From positions 48,001 to 112,000 of the IMG/VR virus record IMGVR_UViG_3300020442_000011: a DNA stretch of 64,000 nucleotides; one strand, given 5' to 3'. The translations under genes and the position numbers were made by a program. Of the stretch, positions 55,746 through 64,000 are shown one piece after another. The DNA comes from a virus. Below the pieces are notes generated by a model, which saw only the letters and a program-made list of their open reading frames with translations, was not told where the DNA came from and did no database searches. Within the stretch, counting starts at the first letter, position 1. Every line of letters starts with the position of its first letter.

Positions 55746-56291
55746 ATGCTTTCCATTGTTGTCGTGACACAAGATGTTATTGAACATTTAAACAGCGAAC
55801 AACGTCCCTTATCAGTGCTTTTCAGTACTAACGATATAGTTAAATATCTTTCTGCACGAGATGTAGCAGAATGCCGCTTGGCCTTCGATCACTTTAACTT
55901 GTCGTTTGATAAAGAGCTTGAGCTTGATATTAAAAGTATTGCTGCCTATGCTCTTGCGGAAAATGACACAGATATATATGGACAAAATGATCGTTTTCGC
56001 GATCGCGTCGCTACCTGCTACGAAAACTTGCGGTTGAAAGAGCGCATCGAACTCGACGGTGTGAAGGATCGTTGTGATACTTACACACTTTACCCCGTGA
56101 ACGATAAGCAGTGGGTCATAGGCGCACAGAGGTGTGTCTGCGAGGTAAATGATCCACGCCCTCACGCGGTTAATGTGAATCATGTACTGTTTGATTCTAT
56201 GATGAAACAAATGTTACATCGGTTTTCATTAGAAAAAATAAGTAGTACCAATCTCTTCGAGTATTACTTAACCTCATTAAAACACGCATGA
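55746..56291 (+). CDS. Conserved protein upstream of major capsid (phiKZ gp119-like)
   Basis: 181 aa; synteny. Confidence 0.7.
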   Translation: MLSIVVVTQDVIEHLNSEQRPLSVLFSTNDIVKYLSARDVAECRLAFDHFNLSFDKELELDIKSIAAYALAENDTDIYGQNDRFRDRVATCYENLRLKERIELDGVKDRCDTYTLYPVNDKQWVIGAQRCVCEVNDPRPHAVNVNHVLFDSMMKQMLHRFSLEKISSTNLFEYYLTSLKHA

Positions 56292-56345
56292 TAATATGCA
56301 ATTATCTGCATACTCCAGTATTCCCTTAGCTAAGGAAGTAACACA

Positions 56346-58604
56346 ATGAGCCAAAGTCTAAAACAAGCCTTCATCAAAAAGCCTGGTGTTGGCGCACAAG
56401 CCTTCGATATCAATGCTACCACGCGGATGTTCGATCAAGCACAACACCTGAGCGTTCCCAGTGGTCTGGGTCTTGAAGATTTCTCTTCAAGTAACGAAGC
56501 TCAAGCACAGTGTCAAGAAATGTACGAAAGCATGCGTACTTTCTTCGCTGAGTCTAACACCGGTTTCGAAAACTTCGGTGACACTCACCGTGCAGAAGAA
56601 CATGCACGTATTACCGAAAACGCTATTCTGGCCGCTACTTACGCCAACATCTCCAGCGCTGACGAACTGGCTTACCGTAAGAAGTGTCTGAGCATGACCA
56701 CCGTGCCGGACTCCAACGACAAGCACGTGATCACTGTAGCACCTCAGCTGGACGGTCCTTTCGGTAGCATCCCGATGACCACCGTCGCTACTGAGAACTA
56801 CAACGAAAAGTCTCAGCGTGACTTCCGTGTTGTATCTGCCATGTACAACCTGTCTGCTTCTCGCCAAGATCCGTTCGGTGAAGCTGCGTACAAGACTGTG
56901 GTTGTTAATCCGACCGAAGGTGGTGTCGTTCAGAACCTGACCTACGTTGCGGTTATGCAAGACGTGTTCCACGAAACCACCGGCGCTTTGCTGGATAACG
57001 GTGAAGTGAACATGGTTGAAGCCTTCCGTAACCCGTCTATCCTGGAAGACAAAACCAATCGTCTTTACCCGGTAGTAGCAGCGGACGATCGCAACAAGCA
57101 GCACTTCAGCACCATCGTGTCCCCGCGTGATGTTGTAGATGATCACAACGTTACTCTGAAGACTGCTCCGCTGAAAGTCAACTCAGGTAAATTCAACCTG
57201 ATTGGTATTTCCAACTTTGCTCTGCTCCACCAAGCAAACCGTTTGGATACCACCGACACCATCGACCCGGCGCTTCGTCTGAAGACAGTTAACATCAAAG
57301 TGGGTGATGGTCAGGTTGTAAGCTTCATGGTAGAACGTCTGCCGACTGCTGTGTTCACTCCGAAGCTGACTGACGATACCCGTAAAGCGGTTCTGAACTT
57401 CGACAGCGAAGACCTGATCCTGAGTGTTAACTCTCGTACTCATGACGGTACGTCGAACGCAGCTCTGACACAAATTGCAGACGCTAACCTTCAGATCCAC
57501 CTGTCAGTGCAAGTGAACTCCACCATCTGGACGTCCAAAGGTGACACCACTATCACTGCACAACCTGCCATGGTTAACCGTGTTGTTGAAGCTGACACCG
57601 GTAACACCATCGCTCTGTCTGATTCCAGCGTTCAGGCTATCATCAGTGCACTGGGTACTCTGGAAGTCGACTCTGTTGAGTTCGATTCTCGTTTCACCAA
57701 CACCAACCGTCGTAAGCGTGGTCAGCTGGTTCAGTCTCGTACTTACCAGTTCCGTTACCCGATTCCGATGCTGTCTCCGATCACCTGTCTGTCCTCTACT
57801 ATGGACGAAGGCGGTCCCGGTGCTGTTGTACAAGCACTAACAGTAGCGGTTAACGTACGTAACAGCGCTAACGCCGTTACTCGTTTGCTGAACTACCTGG
57901 CACAGCTGCGTGACGTTACCGATAACGGTACTGCGCTCGTGAAGCCTTCCTTCAACCGTGTTGAAGGTGCTCTGAGCATCATGATGCGTCCGACCTATCG
58001 TTACCAGAAACTGGATCTGCGCGACACTGTCGACAGCATCCGTGGTAAAGATCGCTTCGAAGACATCTGCTCTACCATCCTGAACGTTGCTCGCTCCATG
58101 CTGTATCCTGCTTACCGGGATTCCAACATCGAAGCAGCTTTCCGTTCTGTAACTGGTAACGCTGATGAGAAACCGAAGTTCGTCATCCTGACCGATCTTG
58201 AAATCGGTAACTACCTGATGACCAAAGGCGATCCACGTGCGCTGGGCGCTGAATTCGAATTCGACGTTGTTACTACTAACAACCAAGACTTCGATGGTAA
58301 GCTGGTTATCATCCCGACCCGTAAGAACGGTAAAGAAGAAGACATCCTTAACTGGGGTCAATTCTACTACGTACCGACCATCATCGCTGATCTCCCGATC
58401 GCGCGTAATGGTCAGATCTCTCGTGAGATCGCGGCGGTTCCGTTCAACCTGCACGTCAACAACATTCCGTTCGCTATCGAAATCGATGTCGTCGGTCTGA
58501 AAGATGTCATGTCGACCTCTCAGTTCGTTTCCAAGCTGGGTCAAACTTCTGAAGAAGAAGCCCCCGCTGAAGAGCCGACCACTGAGCCGGAACCGACTCC
58601 TTAA
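56346..58604 (+). CDS. Major capsid protein (phiKZ gp120-like)
   Basis: 752 aa, extreme codon bias, propeptide with ATE site, SRQDPFGEAAYKT, NLHVNNIP, TATG upstream. Confidence 0.88.
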   Translation: MSQSLKQAFIKKPGVGAQAFDINATTRMFDQAQHLSVPSGLGLEDFSSSNEAQAQCQEMYESMRTFFAESNTGFENFGDTHRAEEHARITENAILAATYANISSADELAYRKKCLSMTTVPDSNDKHVITVAPQLDGPFGSIPMTTVATENYNEKSQRDFRVVSAMYNLSASRQDPFGEAAYKTVVVNPTEGGVVQNLTYVAVMQDVFHETTGALLDNGEVNMVEAFRNPSILEDKTNRLYPVVAADDRNKQHFSTIVSPRDVVDDHNVTLKTAPLKVNSGKFNLIGISNFALLHQANRLDTTDTIDPALRLKTVNIKVGDGQVVSFMVERLPTAVFTPKLTDDTRKAVLNFDSEDLILSVNSRTHDGTSNAALTQIADANLQIHLSVQVNSTIWTSKGDTTITAQPAMVNRVVEADTGNTIALSDSSVQAIISALGTLEVDSVEFDSRFTNTNRRKRGQLVQSRTYQFRYPIPMLSPITCLSSTMDEGGPGAVVQALTVAVNVRNSANAVTRLLNYLAQLRDVTDNGTALVKPSFNRVEGALSIMMRPTYRYQKLDLRDTVDSIRGKDRFEDICSTILNVARSMLYPAYRDSNIEAAFRSVTGNADEKPKFVILTDLEIGNYLMTKGDPRALGAEFEFDVVTTNNQDFDGKLVIIPTRKNGKEEDILNWGQFYYVPTIIADLPIARNGQISREIAAVPFNLHVNNIPFAIEIDVVGLKDVMSTSQFVSKLGQTSEEEAPAEEPTTEPEPTP

Positions 58605-58639
58605 TCGTCATAGATGGTTAAGTAGTGACGTAAGCAAAG

Positions 58640-58672
58640 TAAGCCACCCCCATTGGGGGTGGCTTATGCCGT
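58640..58672 (+). terminator. Terminator after capsid gene
   Basis: TAAGCCACCCCC-ATT-GGGGGTGGCTTA-TGCCGT. Confidence 0.8.
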
Positions 58673-58737
58673 TATTGTGTTTTTATACTGACTACGCTAA
58701 TTAAATAGGGGAATAAATAATACGTCAGGACACAATA

Positions 58738-58905
58738 ATGTGTGAAGAAAAAGAAAGGGATTATAACCGTTATACTCAAGATGATAAAAGTCATTTTATT
58801 ATTGATGACTTGGACATCGTCATGTGGCTTCTTCAGGTAGGGTGTTATTTAGGTATATTTTTTATTTTGCTTTATGTCGTCTTTTTGGTTATCGCTGTAC
58901 GGTAA
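58738..58905 (+). CDS. 55-aa membrane protein (below ORF-track cutoff)
   Basis: MCEEKERDYNRYTQDDKSHFIIDDLDIVMWLLQVGCYLGIFFILLYVVFLVIAVR; AGGA RBS. Confidence 0.6.
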   Translation: MCEEKERDYNRYTQDDKSHFIIDDLDIVMWLLQVGCYLGIFFILLYVVFLVIAVR

Positions 58906-58909
58906 ACTA

Positions 58910-58936
58910 TTTCACATCTATATTATCCTCATGAGT
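58910..58936 (+). promoter_or_regulatory. Early promoter
   Basis: TTTCACATCTATATTAT-CCTC-ATGAGT, upstream of the operon containing nvRNAP beta-N. Confidence 0.65.
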
Positions 58937-58959
58937 AACCCCTCATGAGGATATGGACT

Positions 58960-59937
58960 ATGAGCCTTTGTGCTACTTGTATCTGGATCTTGGATTCAGA
59001 ACTGTTATCACCATGTGACGATGACGAATATTTTGACGATAACGGCGACTATGTCCGTGAACAGTCAATTACCGTAAACAGTAATGAAGAACTCGATTAC
59101 TTGAGTACTTACTGGTTGTTTACACCTGATCAACTCGGTCGTCTGAAACAACAGGCGACAAAACGACGCACCATTGTCGATAAACTTCAAGTGCTATACG
59201 GCAATGAAGAAAGCGACATAGTTGGGATTACCGATGGTAATTTGTACGGGTATGTCATCGAGGAAGACGAACATGCGGAGGACAACTCCGAAGAATCGTC
59301 TAAAACGCCCGGAGAGGACATCAGAGACTCGTTGACAAAGATGGGTAAGCAAACACCCGTCCATATAGAGAAGCAGCCTGAGAAGGAAACTGAGGACGTT
59401 CGTCCTAAGGTGGTACGGCTCGGTAGCTTTCGCTGTCACGATAGTGACGTATTTAGGCAAAAGCTCCTCACTCACCAGATCCATGTTGTTTCCGAAGACC
59501 AGGCTATGGAGGACCCCACCCATCAAAAATTTACCCAGCGGGCAGGGTTCGTCATCTGTGAGTTCTCCTGCCCGCAAATCTACACTTACCTCGGAAACCA
59601 TCTATTCGAAGGACGGAACGTCCTCTATCCGTGTTATGCGGAGAAATGGCCGTATCGTCAGTCGAACAGGGTATCTCAACGAAATATCGATCGAAGAGAA
59701 GATCAGGAAAAACCAGAAACTGCGGGAGTCGCAATCATGCCAAAAGACAAAGCAAAATTCCCCAAGACGAAAACGGTCATAATTGGGGGAGTTCCCAGAG
59801 AAATCCCAGTCATTGTACCTAAGCTTCTTTCAATAGAAGTTGATGGACAGGAAATCTACAGTGACAAGGAGTATAAGCGTGGGACGTCAAACCAATCATC
59901 GCCTACCAACGATCATAAGCAGGCCCCACAAAAGTAG
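58960..59937 (+). CDS. Hypothetical protein
   Basis: ATG 58960 after GAGGA; N-terminal CATC; acidic. Confidence 0.7.
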   Translation: MSLCATCIWILDSELLSPCDDDEYFDDNGDYVREQSITVNSNEELDYLSTYWLFTPDQLGRLKQQATKRRTIVDKLQVLYGNEESDIVGITDGNLYGYVIEEDEHAEDNSEESSKTPGEDIRDSLTKMGKQTPVHIEKQPEKETEDVRPKVVRLGSFRCHDSDVFRQKLLTHQIHVVSEDQAMEDPTHQKFTQRAGFVICEFSCPQIYTYLGNHLFEGRNVLYPCYAEKWPYRQSNRVSQRNIDRREDQEKPETAGVAIMPKDKAKFPKTKTVIIGGVPREIPVIVPKLLSIEVDGQEIYSDKEYKRGTSNQSSPTNDHKQAPQK

Positions 59938-61108
59938 TGGGTTCCGCCAACCTGATCGTGAGGTCCCAACCTCAATAACGTGGACTATACGCAATACCAT
60001 GCGTCGTCGTGTTTTCTGGCGCAATGCTTTAGGTATCACTAACATTGAGGATACTGGGGTCGCATCGACCGCTAACGAAGGTATCTTCGTTACGATTGAA
60101 TATTATTTCTGTCGTAAATCAAGAACCGATGCTAGAGAGCTGTTACGAGACATCGACGATCGTGATTATAAAGATCTACGTAAAGATGTCTATGAACAGC
60201 TTGAAAGGATAGAAGCGGCAAGGATGCCGATGACTGACGACCGACGGTTTACTTATACGGTAGGTATTACCGCTCGTGAGCTTGAGCATGCGGGTGGTTG
60301 TCTCTATTTACAAGACATCGATTTGGTAATCGGTTGGGAAGAAAACATCAACGATATCGAACACCCGTATAGTACCATCGGTCAATTCATTCGTCTTAAC
60401 CAATCAATGAGTTCCGATAAAGGAGTTCAACAACGTCTTCTAGTTGTCGATAACAGCGGTGAAGATAAATATTATTACATCAATACTGGTCAAAGAGTAC
60501 TGATGTGTAAAACCATACGTGACCCTTCTCTTCAAGAAGGTTTTTATATCACTTACCAAGATGATCAAAGCGGTAGAGCTGAGACCATCCTTTACAGTCG
60601 AGAAGAAGCCCACAAAGAATTGGGCATATACGCATCCCGTCATGAAGCAGAGACGATGGGAAGTCCCGAAGATCGCAATAAACAAGCGCTAAGGGATCTC
60701 GAACATCAACTAGCTATCGAGAAACAAAACACACTGCGTCTTAAATCTGACATCGAAACAAAGAAGATGCAGGATGACGAAATGAAACGTGAAATGGAAA
60801 GGGAGGAAGCGCGACGCGAACAGGTCCGACAAAACGAAAAGCTACAAATCGATCACGATCGAACAATGGCCCAATTGAAAATGGAACAATTGGAAAATGA
60901 AATTACCCAATTAAGAAGTCAACGCGAGAAAGAAAACGATTATATTTCTCGCGAAAACGAGCGCGAAAGGAAAGAGCGTGAAGCTGAACGAAAAGAAAAA
61001 CAAGATGCTTTTAAGGCGTTTGTAGATGTAGGGAAGTCAATCTTAAGCGTCGTCGGTATCGTATTGAGTTTATTAACTCTCTATCAGAAACATGTCGTTA
61101 AGGGATAG
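59843..61108 (+). CDS. Coiled-coil protein with C-terminal membrane anchor (phiKZ gp122-like)
   Basis: Long E/R/K coiled coil then ILSVVGIVLSLLTLY; start uncertain. Confidence 0.75.
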   Translation: MDRKSTVTRSISVGRQTNHRLPTIISRPHKSSGFRQPDREVPTSITWTIRNTMRRRVFWRNALGITNIEDTGVASTANEGIFVTIEYYFCRKSRTDARELLRDIDDRDYKDLRKDVYEQLERIEAARMPMTDDRRFTYTVGITARELEHAGGCLYLQDIDLVIGWEENINDIEHPYSTIGQFIRLNQSMSSDKGVQQRLLVVDNSGEDKYYYINTGQRVLMCKTIRDPSLQEGFYITYQDDQSGRAETILYSREEAHKELGIYASRHEAETMGSPEDRNKQALRDLEHQLAIEKQNTLRLKSDIETKKMQDDEMKREMEREEARREQVRQNEKLQIDHDRTMAQLKMEQLENEITQLRSQREKENDYISRENERERKEREAERKEKQDAFKAFVDVGKSILSVVGIVLSLLTLYQKHVVKG

Positions 61109-61112
61109 CTCC

Positions 61113-62753
61113 ATGGACCCGTATGTAATCCGCAAGGCAAAGGAAAGCACACCTGCGTTTAATAAGGTGATAACAAACGGACTTGCGGTAGAGCACATGA
61201 TGGGACGGTCAGAAGATAGTGAATATAACAACACTATCACGTACATCAATCAGCTGTTTAAGATTAACCAGAGTTTATTTCCGCCAGGTTTTGAATTTGC
61301 AGGTGTGGGTCGGTGCTCGCCCATAGAACACTTCGAGAAAATTACACGCGAATACAATAGTCGCCGTAAAGCGAATATTGCTAAATACGATACCTATCTA
61401 GTATCGTTGAACTTTACGTATCACGGGGAAAGTGTACGTCCGGCTCACGTGCTACTACCCTATGTCACCGATGGTGGTTTATGTCACCTTAACGGCGCTT
61501 TGTACAATATCGCCCCTGTGTTGACTGACGTCGGGTATTCGGTTATTCAGGGAAGTATCTTCATTCCGTTTAAACGTACACGGTTGACGTTCCATAGCCT
61601 CGATTATCATTTCCTTGCGGATGAACACCGGGAAATTGGGTTGGTCATTTGGTCCATGATTCACCTGAAGATGAAAGAGGTGGGTAATCGAGATGTCAAT
61701 AAGCGACGTCTCATCAAAAGCAGTCTTGCGCATTATTTCTTTGCTCAATTCGGTGTGTTTGAGACATTCAAACGTTGGGGTGGATGTGATCTTGAAATAG
61801 GGTATAGTCGTGACTTTCCTTTAGAGACCTATCCTAAGGAAGACTTTATCCGTTTCGAATCCATCATGTACAAAGGAAAACACCCGGCAGGTGAATTGTG
61901 CCTGGTTATCCCTCGTGATGAAGACAGCGACTTCATACGTCTACTCGTCTCAGGTTTCTTCTATGTCATGGATACGTTCCCAGATCGGTTTGTCGAGAAG
62001 GAACATGTCAGCGGAAAGACACTTTGGCAGAACCTATTAGGACGTCTTATTTACGGAGACTTCCGATTCTTAGGTAAAGTCAAACAGGATGTAGAAGATC
62101 ACCTTGAATCATTCTCCAAGCAGTTGGATGAAATGACCAAGAACGAACTGAAAGAGCGTGGGATAGATGTTGTTGACAGTTGGGAACTTCTTTATCGAAT
62201 CATGACAGACCTTCATCACCATTTTTATTCCCGAAATGGTGAGGAGTGTAGTATGTATGGTAAACGACTTACCGTGCTCCGTTATGTCATGGAACAACTG
62301 AACTATGCGATCTCGTCGTTTGCGTTCCAGTTCCAATCGCTAAAGAAGAAAAAAGAAGAAGAGAACGGCTGGACAGTAGAGGACTTAGAGAAACAGATCC
62401 GTAGTTTCTTTAAACTCAACACAGCCATCGACTCACTAAGTAAAGACCATGGTGAGGTGAACACCGTGTCTTATCCTGGTGACAATAAGTTCTTCCGGAT
62501 CACGTCGATGCTAATTCCCCAAGACAAAGCACGGCAAACAAAAGGATACCAGAAAGGTATCTTCGGTGATCCAACGCGTCTCATTGATGCATCGATCGGT
62601 GAAGTCGGTCAGTTTAACAACCATCCGAAGAACATGCCTGATGGTCGTGGACGTGTCAACCAATATCTGCGTATTGGTAATGACGGCATGGTCTTGCGTA
62701 ATCCGGAATTGGTTGAGTTGATTGATCGAACCAATCGTAATCTACGTCGATAA
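61113..62753 (+). CDS. nvRNAP beta subunit N-terminal part (phiKZ gp123-like)
   Basis: LLPYVTDGGLCHLNG, MYGKRL, IDASIGEVGQ..HPK..PDGRG RpoB-N-like motifs; synteny. Confidence 0.82.
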   Translation: MDPYVIRKAKESTPAFNKVITNGLAVEHMMGRSEDSEYNNTITYINQLFKINQSLFPPGFEFAGVGRCSPIEHFEKITREYNSRRKANIAKYDTYLVSLNFTYHGESVRPAHVLLPYVTDGGLCHLNGALYNIAPVLTDVGYSVIQGSIFIPFKRTRLTFHSLDYHFLADEHREIGLVIWSMIHLKMKEVGNRDVNKRRLIKSSLAHYFFAQFGVFETFKRWGGCDLEIGYSRDFPLETYPKEDFIRFESIMYKGKHPAGELCLVIPRDEDSDFIRLLVSGFFYVMDTFPDRFVEKEHVSGKTLWQNLLGRLIYGDFRFLGKVKQDVEDHLESFSKQLDEMTKNELKERGIDVVDSWELLYRIMTDLHHHFYSRNGEECSMYGKRLTVLRYVMEQLNYAISSFAFQFQSLKKKKEEENGWTVEDLEKQIRSFFKLNTAIDSLSKDHGEVNTVSYPGDNKFFRITSMLIPQDKARQTKGYQKGIFGDPTRLIDASIGEVGQFNNHPKNMPDGRGRVNQYLRIGNDGMVLRNPELVELIDRTNRNLRR

Positions 62754-62773
62754 ATAGTTAAGGAGCGATAGTA

Positions 62774-64000
62774 ATGCTTAGTTATAACGGTACATTGGAC
62801 CACACGCGTTGGGACTCTAATACTCTACTACCTCAATTGGACCCACGTTACAATAACGTTGTTCCCAACATCGTATTTCACCCGCAGTTTAGCCAAGAAG
62901 TAGTTGCTATGGTGGCGGGTCAAATGCGCGTTCGTGCTGAGAGAGGGTTGAATAAATCGCCCCTACATAATGCGCTGTACAATCTTCTCTCTATGAACGG
63001 GTTCAATAACCAAGATTTTGCCAATGCGGTTTATTACGCGACCAACTTGGCAGCGTACATCATGTTCGATGGTCGCAGGGATCGCAATTATAGTTTTGAG
63101 CGAGCTTTGTCAATCGTCCTCAAAGGCTATATGGGGATGGTGATTGATAGCAACCCACATCTGTATCAGATAACGGACGCTAACATCACCGGTAATGTTC
63201 AGCAGAATTACCAAACATTCAAAGACGCACTCCGGGATGTTAATAACTACATGGCTGCCATCAACAATCAGCCACAGCAGGGGTATCAACAACCCCAGCA
63301 ACCGATGCATAACAGCGCATACAGTCAAGCCCAACAGCCCCGACAGGTTCAACAGCCAACACCTGTACGGAGCGCCCAGTTAAATGGTCCTCGCGTTGTA
63401 ACACCAGGTGCGGGTGGGTATAGTGACAACAATACGGTTGCCTACGCGCATTCTGCGGCTGATCAGCTGGCTCAACAAAGTAGTCAACAAATAAAAGAAT
63501 GGGGTACATCAAACCCCTCTAACATTGACGTGGAGAAGGTGAAAGCCATGGAAACCATCCCGGAACGTACTGATATCCCTAAGCATATTGATGAGGTGGT
63601 GTTCGACCCGCAGCATTATATGCCGGATCACTTCAACCTTAATCTAAAACGTCCTTATGACGTTATTCATATTCCGGGTGGTAGTCGCTTGGAGTTGGCC
63701 CATAAGAGTCGACTACGAATCACCAAAGACAATACCATCCTTTATGATTCCTGCGTCGATCCGACTGTTTTCTGCCACTATTTCCTTATTTGGGCAGATG
63801 GTACGATACAAGATTACTTTGCTCCCTGGGAAGAAGGTATGGAATATATAAAGCATGAGTTGGATGCAATGTTGCGTGGTGTCAACATCAAACCAAAAGG
63901 TGAAATGTTGACCAGCAGTCGCGTTGTGATCAACGGACATAAAGAAGCAATGACAGTCAGCCAAGTTAAGACAGAGTACGGTGACGACATTACTGAAAAT
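62774..64000 (+). CDS. Partial conserved protein with Q/P-rich linker (runs off window)
   Basis: AAGGAG RBS, MLSYNGTLDH..., open to 64000; absent from track because no stop. Confidence 0.85.
   Translation, partial: MLSYNGTLDHTRWDSNTLLPQLDPRYNNVVPNIVFHPQFSQEVVAMVAGQMRVRAERGLNKSPLHNALYNLLSMNGFNNQDFANAVYYATNLAAYIMFDGRRDRNYSFERALSIVLKGYMGMVIDSNPHLYQITDANITGNVQQNYQTFKDALRDVNNYMAAINNQPQQGYQQPQQPMHNSAYSQAQQPRQVQQPTPVRSAQLNGPRVVTPGAGGYSDNNTVAYAHSAADQLAQQSSQQIKEWGTSNPSNIDVEKVKAMETIPERTDIPKHIDEVVFDPQHYMPDHFNLNLKRPYDVIHIPGGSRLELAHKSRLRITKDNTILYDSCVDPTVFCHYFLIWADGTIQDYFAPWEEGMEYIKHELDAMLRGVNIKPKGEMLTSSRVVINGHKEAMTVSQVKTEYGDDITEN

Noticed and set aside
56487-58544. Long antisense ORFs over the capsid gene (also 37482-38243 and 40382-40858)
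   Set aside because: Shadow frames caused by strong codon bias; no RBS or protein-like features
1-64000. Genome-wide TAG reassignment
   Set aside because: TAG ends several normal genes (15032, 22294, 36632, 61108) and long genes are not fragmented

Overview
64 kb from a phiKZ-like, nucleus-forming jumbo myophage (Chimalliviridae-type). Gene order follows roughly phiKZ gp55-gp124: non-virion RNAP subunits, SbcD, putative ChmC, sigma-like subunit, putative PicA, SF2 helicase, a virion RNAP subunit, split DNA polymerase B, baseplate/head/neck genes, an early accessory island (46-54 kb), DnaB and major capsid. All phiKZ gp numbers rest on motifs and recalled synteny, not database searches. Signals missed by the ORF track: (1) a 390-nt ORF-less group I intron (45-434) splitting the RNAP catalytic NAD|FDGD motif; (2) a probable -1 frameshift at G-TTT-TTT-TT (17669-17677, minus) joining a 628-aa gene to a tail-chaperone-like ORF; (3) a start-less 126-codon NADAR-like ORF in frame after the DNA polymerase amber stop (28703-29083), which together with a DarG-like macrodomain suggests anti-DNA-ADP-ribosylation functions; (4) a shared C-terminal DII motif and prion-like Q/P/G/Y tails in nucleus-associated genes; (5) early promoters overlapped by hairpins, a candidate ~90-nt ncRNA and a 55-aa membrane ORF. 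No tRNA, rRNA, CRISPR array or IS element was seen.
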